A DNA stretch of 63,987 nt, filler included, from Welwitschia mirabilis (taxonomy: Eukaryota), in the NCBI GenBank assembly GCA_051453625.1. It is 7 parts of one record of this genome, joined end to end, with 100 filler letters (N's around TTAATTAATTAA, not from the genome) between each part and the next. Parts side by side here need not be neighbours in the genome. Positions count along the whole stretch, not along the records: positions 50,970 to 58,162 come from JBOZIK010000001.1; positions 58,263 to 62,760 come from JBOZIK010000001.1; positions 62,861 to 63,987 come from JBOZIK010000001.1; 4 more parts are not named here. One strand, given 5' to 3'. How positions within the stretch are numbered: the first letter of the stretch is position 1; the number at the start of each line of letters is the position of its first letter. Below are positions 51,045 to 63,987 of the stretch, piece after piece. The position numbers and the translations under genes are program-made. The notes under the pieces were generated by a model that saw only the letters and a list, made by a program, of their open reading frames with translations, made no database searches and was not told the DNA's origin.

Positions 51045-54000
51045 GAAAAGTATAATGGAGAGTGTGCCTTTTTCTTTTCACAATGCACTAGCATGTAATA
51101 CAATAATATCTTAAATAGATAATACAATATAAGAGTAGAGATAGAGAAGAAGAATATTTTTACATAGATTGATTATGCATTAGTCAGTTCTATCTCACTA
51201 TAGCTCAAATCATAACATTTTATATTAGGGCAAGGATATAGCTATTGAAGACAAACATGGAAGGAACTTATTCTTGACTTTTATGATGTAAATCCATGTC
51301 TATTATTCATTGGAAGTAGGTGTTCCTTGATTTCTATCTTATTAGACTAATTTAATTTTGTTTTTTACCTAATGTTCACTTAGCTTTGTATCCTAGATGT
51401 TCCATAAGAAATCCCAGACATCTTAACTACTTCTTAGTGATCTTATAAAAAATCCAAAATTCCCTACTTAAAAATCAAGACATTCATAATCTAGATGTCC
51501 AACCAAAATCTAGGATGATCTAGATCCTATTCTACTTGATTACATAGCTAAAAATCTTAGATGTCGCACAGAGAAACTAGGATGTCCCATGATCTAAATC
51601 TAACTTTAACTTTATTAAAACCTATGTTAATTTGATGAATAGATCATGAGATGTAATAGGAGTTTTCACTTCATATTTGATCTTCATAGGCTAGTTAGAC
51701 ACTTCATCTTATTTAGCACTAAAACTCTTCATTCATTTGCTTAATAATCACCCCTTTTTTAATGATGACAATCTTTGAAGTGCATTGTGAATGAGAAAGC
51801 AAAAATACAATGATTTGTTTACTTAGCTTCATCTAAATTAATGTTCCCTTGAGTTTAAAATTCATTCAAAGTTTAATGGGTACAAAACTTAGTTATTAAT
51901 TAATCCTATTTATGCTTTAATCCTAAAGATATCCTAAAAATAAGATCAACACATCAAATATTCCACACTACATAGCACATGTTTAGACCCCATGATATAT
52001 AAGCCATATGTTTAGCATCAAATCTATATTAAAACTTAACATTACATATTAAAAAAACTAATATACATATTTCCTTCCTTTGTCATAATTGAAAAATAAT
52101 GAATACTACTAAATAACACATAAAGTATTAGCTAATAAATAGTTAAGTAAAAACATATGCTAAACTTTCTATTATGATGAAAAAGAAATAGTACATGCCT
52201 TTCATTGAAGTTCATCTAAAATATCTAAGTAGCTGAGTATTAACCTAAGGCAAAAATTAAAGAGCAAAATGATAAGATAATAACATGATGAAAAGGATAT
52301 TTAAGAAAAGTTATTTAGGATAAGGTTTGCTTAGTGTATTAAACATAATTATGATGATTTCCAATGTAGGTTTCAATATAGCTTAATAATATAAATGATA
52401 GAGCATAAGGACATGTCCCAGTATCTGGATTTCTTCTCAAATACATGAATTGATCCTTAATTACTACTTTTATGATTATACTATCATGGTATAATCATAT
52501 ATTCTTGATAGTGTAATGTAAATCAAGAAATTGTTCCTAACCCATTGATAATTAATTTTTCTTCTATGATGTTTGTTTTGATTAGATAGAGCTTTATCTT
52601 TAAAGATGAAATTATGGTTATATGCAAAGTAGATAGCTTTGTTATATGGACATAAAACTTGTGTGTGTACATACTCTTTGAGAATAAAAACATTTAAGGC
52701 TAACCTTACTGAAAGAATGATATTTAGTACTTATAACAAAAATATTAAGGGGAAGAGGCATACCAAAAGATCTTCTAATACCTAATTTTTTGAAGAATCT
52801 CTTATCTAGTTCCAACAATTTGTTGATATTCTCTCTTACATTGGCTAGTCACTCAGATTTTACCTTCATATTATTTAATTCTTTGGAAAGAGTTTTAATT
52901 TTGACATTAGCTTATTTTTAAGTTAGATCTGAGATCAACTACTTGTCTATTTAAGAAAACATTTTTATTTCCATGATCTACACTAACTTTAAATTACTTC
53001 CCATAAGCCTCAGCTATTTTATTATCTTTAAAAGTAGATTCATTATAGTTTTTCATACTAATATTACCTACTTCATCCTCAATCATTACATGATCAAAAT
53101 TTAAAGAATCACATGTCTCATCCACATTGTCTATTAGTTCAAAGCTGAGAGACTCCTCATTATCACTTAACTAAGATGATTTGTCAACCTTTATCTCATT
53201 ATCATCCCATGTAGCTTTCAGTAGTTTTTCTTTCTGCTAGCACATTTAAATGTAACATGCCCAAAACTTTACATGTACAACATTATATTGGATTATAAGA
53301 ATCCTTATCTTTTGTTAATACTTCATTTGGAGTGATTTCTTAGCATTCTTCCTCCCTTTTTATAGAGAAATCTTTAAAGTTATTAGATCATGATTTTCAA
53401 GGTCTTTACTAGATGTGTTATCTTCCTCCTCTTCAATGCATATATTTAGACTAAAGTTTTTTTATTTAGAGATTTTTCTTTATGTTTAAGAGTAGCTTCA
53501 TATGCCATAATAGAACCTTTTAACTCTTTCACTTTGATTTTGTCAATATTCTTGTTCTCTTTGATAGCGGTGATCATGGATGGGAACTTCTTAGTAAGAC
53601 TTCTAAGTATTTTTTTATGCCACTCTATTTTTAGAGATCACTTCTTCTAGTTTCCACATGTCATTAATAATATCATGAATCTTACTAGTGTAGATAGCTA
53701 TGGATTCTAATTCCTCCATATTGATGATTTCAAATTTTTTTTACTACCATCTGAAGCTTTGCATTCTCACAACATTTTTTTCTTTATCAATTACCATTAG
53801 TGTCTTCCAAATGTCTTATGCAATTGAAAATTGAATCAATCTATTATCTTATTCTAGTGAAAGAACATAAATTAAGGCATTCATAACCTTACTATTTGAC
53901 TATGTAAATGTTTTGTCATTAGGATCCCATTCACTTAGATCTTTAAGCACTAGCTTTCCAATTTCCTCCTTCATAGATGGCAATACAATACTCTATTATA

Positions 54001-55316
54001 TCTCAAATTTCCTAATCCAGTTACTATAGGAATATGACCATATTCATTTTTCAACATGTTTAGTTTAATCTAGAGAAGAGAGGAAGTCTTTAGATACATT
54101 GCCCTTCTTCATAGCTTGCGAATGCCATTTAGGATTATCTTGTAATCATACAAGAAAAAAAATACAACAGTTTATAGCAACCAAAATCTAATGTCAATCA
54201 TTAGGATTGAAACGCCCTAGATGTAGGGGAATAGGATTTTTTTAAAATTAAAATCTTAAAAATAACTTAAAAAAATTAAAACAACTAAGATAAGGGAAAA
54301 TTAAACAAATCTTAAAATCATATAACATAGAAACTACATTGTAATATTTATAGTGGTTTAGCAATTTGGCCTACTCCACTCTTAGGGGATAGTAATAGCC
54401 TTCAACCTTTAGGTTTTCATATCTCTAAATCAACATTTGTAGCTCTTTTTAAACCCTTCTTATCAAGGAATTTTTTTAACTAACATAAAACACCTTACTC
54501 AATTCTCTGAGCAGGTCTTCAATCATTCCTTTTTAGAAATGGCTTACAACTATAATAAATAACTCAATCATCAAAGCTAAACTTCTTTCAATGAGGGTTT
54601 GATATAGAATGTGCATTTTTTTTGCATAATATACTAGCATTTAGTATAGTAATATCTCAAAGATATGATACAATGTACAGGAAGAGATAGAGAAGGAGAA
54701 GCTTTCAATACAAATTAATTATTCGCAGGTCATCTCTATCTCACTACAATTCAAATCACAACATTTTATATGGGTAAAAACATAGCTATTAAAATACAAA
54801 GGTGTATGATAGTCATTTTAAACCTTCATTATGCCAATGTATATCTAGTATACTTTGGGAGGAGGTTTGACTTGATTCCCTCTAATTTGCACTAATTTAA
54901 TTTTAATTTTACCCTACATTCACTTTACTCCATACCCTAGGCATCTTAAAATAAATCTTGGACATTCCAATTGCTTCTTGACAATGTTCTAAAAAATTTA
55001 TCTTGTTCCACTAAAAAATCCAAATGTTTTAACCTTGTTTTATCCTTTTTTCTACGAAGCTTAGATGTCTCATTAGAAACCTAGAACATCCTAGGTTCTA
55101 TTTAGTCTTATTGCATGATTGAAAATCCCAAATATCCCATAGAAAAACTATAATATCCCATGATTTAAATATACTTTAACTTCATTAAAGCTTAGGCTTC
55201 CTTATAAATAGATCATAAGAAATAGTAGGAGTCTTCACTTTAACTTTAATCTTCATGAGTTGATTAGACACTTCATCTTCTTTCTTATTTAAAATCCTCA
55301 TTTATTTGTTCTAATA
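51045..55316 (-). mobile_element. Short non-autonomous SIRE-like copia element (two LTRs, ~2.45-kb internal region with degenerate gag)
   Basis: 51045-51746 is homologous to ~54600-55316; PPT at ~51748-51760; gag remnant ~53000-54130 (ITAIKENKNIDKIKVKELKGSIMAYE); TTTATAGTGGTT motif at ~54347. Confidence 0.75.
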
Positions 55317-55519
55317 GAAGCAACCAATTGAAGTTAGGATCTTAGGTTGGGAAACACTTTATAAATAGAGAGATCACCATGTACAAGTTTGGATGCCCCA
55401 CTAACAAGTTAATGTAAGAAATAGTTTAAAACTTATGAAACTTAATCTTAAAAAATCTTAAAGGCTTCAAACATGATCTAAATAATCTTCAAATGTGAAT
55501 TTGCAAATCCTCATTTAAA

Positions 55520-57300
55520 TTTAAAATAAAATCTTATAATGGTCCTTCCATTTTAAATGATGACAATTTCTAGTAATAAATTGATAAGAAGTTCTCCCCT
55601 TGAGATGATACTCTTATGGAAGGAATTTGTATGAACTACCCTTGAGCATACTAAATTCAAAAGTAAATTAACTTTAATTTTTCTCATTTGATTCAATTGA
55701 ATTCCTAAACAGGAGTGCTCCACTGAATATAGGAGTCACAAAACTAATTAAAAGTTTCTATTTCTTCCTCTTTGGTATTATTAAAATCTAAAAACGACAA
55801 GTGAAAAGCATGAAATATTCCTTACAAAAAGAATATAACTTAAAATAACACAGAAATTCATAAGTTGCATTATCTTTTAATATTAAAAAGATGAATGTGA
55901 TTATTAAAAAGATAAAATAATAAAATAGAATTAAAATTGTAAATTTTCATAAAGCATAACTATTATATTACTTTATAGATAAGTTACAAAAGATACTACA
56001 TTAATCCATCCATTAATGACTTTATCAATAGAAGTAATAATAATGGATATAAAATAAGGCCTTTAATGGGCATTAATGATAAAAAATTCAAGTTTTATAA
56101 GGCTATAATCCCATTGGGAAGCATGAAAATGGAAGATACAAAGTGAATGTAAAAATTAGATAAAAAGTAAATGAAGTTGTTAAAGATAATAATGTAATTT
56201 CTTGCTATCATCTAACAACACAAGTAGTAATGCCTTCATTTATTAACATCTAATACATTACTACTTACCACTACCCAACAAGTGTATAGCTCTATCTTCT
56301 TATGTGATTATTGTCATTGCTTGTCACCCAATGATGAAGTAATAATGATACATTTTCTAAAATTATCACCACTTAGGATTACCCAATAACAATGTCTAGT
56401 AATGTCTTCTAGCTCTGATTTACTATCAGATAGTGATGCAAGTAGCAATGGTATAATTATATTACTACTTAATGTAACTTATCTTCTAACATACTTAGAA
56501 ACTCTAAGATATTTAAGAAAATGGCTTGTATTTAGAGAACTTCTTCTTGATCACGTAGATGATGTGACAGAAGTAACAAGTATTGAGAAGAATATTGGGA
56601 GATCCTTAAAAGTGGGTTCCTTACCTCATCTATTCAAATGGAATGAGATCCTTGCATCTGAGTTTTTCCTATAATTCATATACTTATTTGATATATAGAT
56701 TAATAAGATTCATTTCATCTTTCTCAAATTGTGAATTGTATTACATAATAGATTAATGATTTTTAGATTCCCATGTTTATATTATTCATAGTTTAATACT
56801 AATTAGGTAACAGCTAATTAGAATAATTTACTAAGTCACTTGTAATATTCAACTTTAATACATAGCTGTTTGCAATAGTTGTTTGCATTTATACTCTCCC
56901 AAATTTTTTTCTACTATCTAATCCCTTGTCTTTACTAGTTATAAGTCTTAAGATTATTGAATGGTATGAATTGAATATTTAAGAAGATACATAATAGTTC
57001 CATCAAATAATATATATTTTTAATATTGTAATACCAATTAAGAGAAACAATCCTAGAAAGGGGTTAAGAAAGGTTTTCTAGTGAATAGTTATTTGATTAA
57101 AAATTAATGTCCAAATTAAGCATTAATCATTAATATCTAATATTATGTGCTTATAAACATGAATAAATTAAAAACATAAACCATTTTAAAGAACCTTATA
57201 GTGGTTTATCTATGCCTACTCCACTCTCAAGGAAAAACACTCTAGCTTGGCTCCCTTAAAAAAATGAACAACAACCATAATATCATAATCTTTTATTTTA
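55520..57300 (-). mobile_element. Further SIRE-like remnant (PPT-like tracts, PBS remnant, LTR edge)
   Basis: PPT-like TCTCCCCT at ~55593; ATACCAATT PBS remnant at ~57031; TTATAGTGGTTT...CCTACTCCACTC LTR motif at ~57196-57227. Confidence 0.45.
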
Positions 57301-58262
57301 GGGTAATGTTTAAATGTTATTATTAGATAATTAATTTTTAGGCCACGATCCAAACACATGCAAGATGAAAACTTAGGTAATGAGGATGATTAAGTTCTTA
57401 TAGCTCTTAGTTATATTTCTTTTCTATAAAGCTTGAATGATATGTAGAATTTATGTAAGTTTTATTTTTCCTAAGAAATTATCTATAATAAAGATAAAAT
57501 AAATTTCTACAATTGGATTAGGTTTCTTTTATTAGGTAGAATAAAGATTATAGGTGTTAAATAACTCTAATGAGTTACCTATCTTAATCTCATAAAATTT
57601 GCACCTTGATTTTACTTGAAACTCCAAAATTTGATGACCTTAAACATGCAATTAGGCATTGATTAATAGCCAAGTGATTGAAGAGATTAATTTAATCCAA
57701 ACTAGAGTGTCTTAACATTCAAATTTGAGCTAAAAAATATCAATTACAAGTAGTTTGAATGGGCCACACAAGTGTGTGGGAGACCCACATTACATGGAAT
57801 TGTGTAAACAAAGCAGAGAGTTAGTGAAGATAGGTGGGCCATGTTCCATCAAAATGTTTGGCTTAAAAAATACTTTAAAGTTGATAAAATTTCCTAAAAA
57901 TATTTATAAGGATTTAAACATGATCAAAATAATCTTTGAAAATGAATTTTCACCTAGTTATTTAAATTGATTAGAAAATCTTACAAGATTGTCAATCCTT
58001 TTTTTTATTTCAAGAATGCACAATGCATGTCATACTTCACCACTTATTTCATTGATCTTTACCCCATGTTCAATGAAGATAAAAAAATTTTCAACACCTT
58101 ATGATTAATCATTAGTGCAGTCTATGACATTTGCACTACTAACAGCAATCCATACTAAGAAANNNNNNNNNNNNNNNNNNNNNNNNNNNNNNNNNNNNNN
58201 NNNNNNTTAATTAATTAANNNNNNNNNNNNNNNNNNNNNNNNNNNNNNNNNNNNNNNNNNNN

Positions 58263-59172
58263 AAACTATGAGATCTATCTAGCTAAGATAAGAATTGCAA
58301 TATTGAAATGGAATGGTAAAGCAATGCAAATCTACTACTAACCAAGATCAACCTTAATAAAGATTGCTCTTATGATTTAGATAAATCATAGAGTTATTAT
58401 AAGAAACTATGATTAATGTAAACAATAAGGGACATTTACAGAATTAAAATGAAAAGAGGAATTTTATTAATTCAAAGAGTATCCAAGAATATTACATTCA
58501 CTATAAAAAGAATAATAGCACCTCAATGGAAGAGACTCTGCCTAACACCAAGGAGACTCTTTCTTGTAGCTCTAGATAGACCTCTTGCTCTTTAATCCTC
58601 TATCACAAATATCAGGTATAAAAGATGGAGCTAGAAATGAAGGAAGGAAAGGATATTTATAGTTTTGCATAGGATATTTTAGAATCAAAACCCTAAAGGC
58701 AAGAAACAAATCCCTAATAACTAACATGAGTTGCTTGACCCCATTTACAAATATATTTCTTCTGAACATGTAAAAAATAGCTGTTGTCTAGTCTATCATT
58801 GGGATGACATATGGGATGATGCCATGTGCCACATGTCTCCATGTGCTTCATTTGCTACTGTTAGCCTTGCAGCTTCTATCCATGTTAGCAGTGTTGTCGT
58901 GCTGCCTGTCATGGGGGTGACATAAGGGATGACGATCTTTCTTTTCTCTAATCTTAAAGGTAAGTTAGTTTTTTTGCATTATGAAGTTCTTCTTTTAAAT
59001 ATGAAATGTTAGAATAGGCTTGAAAAACTATCAAAAATGCCAAGGATCACATGTTTTACTAATCATCCTATTAAATCTCCATAGTCATCAGTATTGCATC
59101 AAAACCTGTGTAAATGTCTTACAAAAGTACTTAATATACACCATCACATTCCTACAAATTGTCATCACAATA
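58263..59172 (-). repeat. Athila-like LTR (partial), same family as 25252-26612
   Basis: Reverse-complement match to ~25252-26270, ending CCTACAAATTGTCATCACAATA. Confidence 0.85.
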
Positions 59173-59573
59173 GTGTACTACTAGAGGGTATATTAAATCA
59201 TTATAATAAAACAAACTGTACTAGATAATCTAAAACTAGAAATAAGAAAAAAAACATTATTAAAATGTTTTTGAATACCTTCAGATCTTAATTATTCATG
59301 TTATTTGAGAAGAGGATAATAATCCAATGACATTATTCCATTAAAAATAATAGTAAAACCATGCTAGAAGATACAAAAGTATATGAAAAAGTATTAAATA
59401 CAAAGCAACATAAGTAGTCATTAAAAATGAAGTTAATTCATCTTAGTGAATGAATTTGTCTAAACTTTTCTCTNNNNNNNNNNNNNNNNNNNNNNNNNNN
59501 NNNNNNNNNNNNNNNNNNNNNNNNNNNNNNNNNNNNNNNNNNNNNNNNNNNNNNNNNNNNNNNNNNNNNNNNN

Positions 59574-60500
59574 GCCTAAAACAAAGGAGACTCCTTTTTG
59601 TAGCTCTAAATAGATCTCTTTCCCTTCAATCCTCTATCACAAGTATTAGGAACAAAAGATGAAGCTAGAAATAAAGAAAGGGAAGGATATTTATAGTTTT
59701 GCATATTATGTTCTAGAATCAAAACCTTAAAGGTAGGAAATAAAACCCTAACAATCCACATAAGTCACTTAACTCCATTTACAAATATATTTCTTCCGAA
59801 CATGTAAAAAATAGCTATTGTTCAGCCTGTTATTAGGATGACATAGTGGATGACACCATGTACCACATGTCTTCATGTGCTTCATGTACTGCTATCAGTC
59901 CCATATCTTCTGTCCATGTTAGAAGTGTTGTCATCCTATCTACTGTGGAACAACAAAGGGGACGATGATCTTTCTTTCCTTCAATCTTAAAGGTAAATTA
60001 GTTTTTTTTCATGAAGTCCTTCTTCCAAATATGTAGTATTAAAATAGGCTTGAGAAACTACCAATAATGCTAAGGATCACAACTTTATTGATTGTCCTAT
60101 CAAATATCCATAGTCATCAATATTGTATTAAAACCGATGTGAATGTCCTACAAAAGTACTCAAAAGACATCATCAAATTCCTATAAATTGGCATTACAAT
60201 AGTGTACTACTAGAGAATATATTAAATCATTATACTAAAAGAAAATCTAGTAGATAATATAAAACCAGAAAAAAGAAAATAAATATTATTAAAAAAATTT
60301 AATTACTTTAGATCTTAGTTAATCATGTTATTTGATAAGAGGATAATAATCGAATGATACTATTCTCATAAAAATGATAGTAAAACATACTAGAAGATAC
60401 AAAAGTATATGGAAAAGTATAAAATATAAAGTAATGTAAGTAGTCACTAAAAATGAAGTTAATCCACCTTAGTGAATGAATTTATCTAAATTTTTCTTCA
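59574..60500 (-). repeat. Second diverged copy of the LTR part plus flank (duplicate of ~58540-59473)
   Basis: Same LTR end at 60201 and the same downstream flank GTGTACTACTAGAG. Confidence 0.85.
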
Positions 60501-61971
60501 TCTAGAGAATGTGATGGATTTTTTCTATCTTAATTATTTATTACTAACTTTATCCTCCAAGATCTCTAATTAATCTTACTATTATTTCATCTTTAGTACT
60601 TATTTCTTCATGTATATATTCCTAAAATTAACCTTTTCTTAAATTCTTTATTTTTTAACTTTTAAATTAAGAGCCTTAACATTTGTTACCTTTACTACCT
60701 TCTTTATGGATTTTACTTATACTTATGCACAGTGTCATTATGTAAATTACAAATGGTAGGGTGGATTGTTAATGAATTGGTCAACGTAAGCGTGTGCAAG
60801 TAATCACGATACTAATGACTCATAGGAACAATCATTTTATGGATATCCGTGATGTGCTACTTTGGCACTGACTGTTCTTTATACTATTTATGGAAGAGCG
60901 AGAGAGGACCATACCATAGATGTACCAAATGGGTTGTACCGGCTACAGGGGATAAGAAGCATACAGAGGGCCATCATTCAGCCTTAAACTTTGGGTCCCA
61001 TGGAGGCCGGCTCAACCTATACTTCTTCCGCGGTCATGAGTTGTCAATCAGCAACAACATCCTTGTGATGCAAAATGAGCCATTTCTGTGGGAGAGTCAG
61101 GTAAGTAAATAATGTAGGAACGCCGCACTATACCACAAAGGGNNNNNNNNNNNNNNNNNNNNNNNNNNNNNNNNNNNNNNNNNNNNNNNNNNNNNNNNNN
61201 NNNNNNNNNNNNNNNNNNNNNNNNNNNNNNNNNNNNNNNNNNNNNNNNNNNNNNNNNNNNNNNNNNNNNNNNNNNNNNNNNNNNNNNNNNNNNNNNNNNN
61301 NNNNNNNNNNNNNNNNNNNNNNNNNNNNNATACATTATGCTAAGGGATATTAAATTAACATGAGTCCAAAATTATAGTAGATGCAACTGAAGCAATAGAT
61401 AACCAATAATTTCTCTAAAATTTCCAATTGTATAAGACTATGAATAGGACATTACATCATTTAAGAAAAGAGAATTTTCACTTATATCACACTCAAGATT
61501 CATTTAATAATTTTAGTCCATTCTTTTTTATAATTTCATGCATTCTTCTAAACCATGGATATATATATTATTCTAAGCTATAAAATCTAAGAAGAGCAAT
61601 AAAAATTTCTAATTTTCTATTTAATAATAAAAGAATAACTAATTAAGCATAATTTGCTTAGAGGCATAACTAATCTTTAGATCTAAACTCCCTCTACTCT
61701 AAAGAGTATTACTATTAATTTTTAACTATTTCAACCTACCTTCCTCTAACTTCTTATATTTTCTAGTAGAACTATAATTTTTGAGATTCTTCTAAGCAAC
61801 TACAATAGATCATGAATAGAAGTCTGGTCCAAACAAAATAGCAAAAATAATATAGTCTATTAAATACATGGTTTTAATGTCTTATATCATCATTATCATT
61901 TAATCTTTATTTCCTTAATAGTTATATTAAAGCTTAACAAGGTTAATAGGTTATATTATCAAGTAAGTGAA

Positions 61972-62760
61972 TGTTGGAATCCCAAATTGTCATGTTTTAA
62001 TGGTGTAATTGGCGATGTTTTGTAAGGAATAGGAACTCAATGCAATCATTTTCATGCACTTTATTATGAATTAATTTAACAGTATAATTATGATATGAAA
62101 TTTTATATTTCCATCTAAAAGGATAGGAATTTAATCAGGAAACAAAATGAGGCAAAAGAAAAAGGGATGGAAGGACCAATGAAATGGCTATCATTCCTCT
62201 TGTCATCCCCATGACATAGGACATGACAAATCATATAATCAAATTCAAAAGAGGCTAGCAACGTTGACACGGAAGACACTGACATGGACTACTAGCGTGG
62301 CTATCATGGGTTATGTCATCCCCATGACACAAGAGACGAAATAGCTGTTAATTGAAAATTTAAATAGCAACAGGATTCTGGTGTGATGATCTGTGATTGG
62401 ATGATGAAAGGTTGCCATGTCCACTATCGTGCCCACAACGACGATAATATAACAGTACCATAACTTATTTCTAATTGAGTTAATTAGGGTTTAGTTTACA
62501 CCTAATAATACCCCTTCACCTATACTGACCTCCCTGACCTGTAACCACCTTAGGAAAGCTATAAAAACCCCTATTTGCCATTATTTAGTCATCTTTTATC
62601 ATTGGAGGATTGTGTGACAAAGGCATCCAAGGAGTTAAGGATTCAATTCAGCATAGGAGAGATTGTTCTTGGTGTGAAGGCTGTGTTTCTGACATTGAGG
62701 AGTTACTACCTTGCTAAGGTGTTGTAAGACATTCCATTGATTTAATAAAATGTCTTTCTT
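61972..62760 (+). repeat. Athila-like LTR (partial)
   Basis: Starts TGTTGGAATCCCAAATTGTCATG, matching the inverted 34846 terminus. TATA-like CTATAAAA at ~62559. Confidence 0.7.
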
Positions 62761-62860
62761 NNNNNNNNNNNNNNNNNNNNNNNNNNNNNNNNNNNNNNNN
62801 NNNNTTAATTAATTAANNNNNNNNNNNNNNNNNNNNNNNNNNNNNNNNNNNNNNNNNNNN

Positions 62861-63987
62861 CTATGAAAAGAAATAGTGATGCACCTAATCTAATCAAGCT
62901 CAACCTTAACAAAGGCTGCCCTCATAATCTATATAATTAAAGAAACCTGTCGTGAATCTTAAACAACATAAACTATGAGGGATAAGTTCCTGCAAATATT
63001 AAATAAAAATGGTAATTCATATTAAAAGCATAAAAGACATCTATATCACAAAGTAGTCATTCCTAAATGGAGGATACGCTATCCAACACCAAGGTAATAC
63101 CTCTCTGAATTACAAGATAGTTCTATGGTTCTAAGATCTCCTATCACAAGAATGTTAGGTACTGTCGAAGAGGATTAGAGATCAAGGGGGAGACCTTTAT
63201 TTATAGACAGAAAGGAAAAGGGAACTAACAGAAAAGTAAAGGAGAAACCCTAGCTGACATGCATAATAAAGTGGCAAAGAAGTAGTGACAACTCAGGAAA
63301 ACATTCTGTAAAACTATGAGAAAACAGTGTCATCTCAATGGTCATCCAGATGAAGGAGAGAATGACAAGGATTAACAATGAGATATCTATTTGGCTTCTA
63401 GTTTAACTACTTATGAATTACATGTAAAGTTTTATCAACTAGTTATAGATCTGTCATCCAATAATGTCATCTAGATGATGAGGTGGATGATGATGTTTGA
63501 TAGGAAGATCTTTAGTTTAACTGGAAGTTATTTTAAAAGAACTCTGTCATATGCTCAATTGGGGTTGTCGTCCTGATTGTCGTGTGGACAACAGGGTGGA
63601 CGATAGTTTTTTCTTGATCTTTTCTTAATGAAATTGCTTTTTCTTCTAAAGAATCATGATCCAAAAATGATACTCTTTTGTTCCTGCATGAATTGCTTGT
63701 ATTTTATCTAATATTTGCATGTTTTCGTCTCGTGCTCCTTGATTCTTGATTGTCATAGGAACTAAGCAATTATTTATTATTTTATCTGCAAAACAACTCA
63801 AAATACCCTATTAAATACACATAAGTTAGCATCGCAACATAGCCTAACACCTAGCCTTGTCAGTCCCTAATAAAACTAGGTGGTAAACCATGTTTGAAAG
63901 CCAACTTTTCAATAATAAAAATAGCTAGGATATCTAAGGAGAGTATCTGAAATATATGTATTAGTAATGAACTAAATTTCTAAAAAT
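62861..63987 (-). mobile_element. Athila-like 3' LTR (partial, to 63839) with PPT region and 3' UTR
   Basis: Homologous to ~22400-23368 and ends ATCGCAACA at 63839; the adjacent sequence matches the inverted PPT region at 40857-40896. Confidence 0.85.

Noticed and set aside
56402-56674. 90-aa plus-strand ORF as a gene
   Set aside because: No recognisable domain, and it lies within a probable retroelement remnant.
4634-61335. Long ORFs made mostly of X in the ORF track
   Set aside because: They are read-through of N gaps.
19048-62816. Six identical TTAATTAATTAA palindromes
   Set aside because: Each is centred in a 44N-12-44N block, so it is an artificial contig spacer. Adjacency across these spacers is also unreliable.

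Overview
AT-rich, CpG-depleted plant (eukaryotic) DNA with many assembly gaps. It is almost entirely old, nested, degenerate retrotransposons, and I could not support any intact host gene. It contains a Ty3/gypsy chromovirus with ~3.7-kb LTRs (1-9482, minus strand), several Athila-like Ty3/gypsy copies and LTRs, at least three internally deleted SIRE/Maximus-like Ty1/copia elements, and an L1-type LINE (~11543-18775, minus strand). The standout is the LINE. By manual translation, its ORF2 frame has no recognisable RNase H after the zf-RVT/WxIWxxRN motif. Instead it runs on for ~460 codons through a 'putative plant transposon protein'-like domain, a Pro/Ser-rich linker and a C-terminal DnaJ J-domain. 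All of this lies inside the candidate poly(A)/TSD boundaries. All domain calls are by eye; no searches were run.
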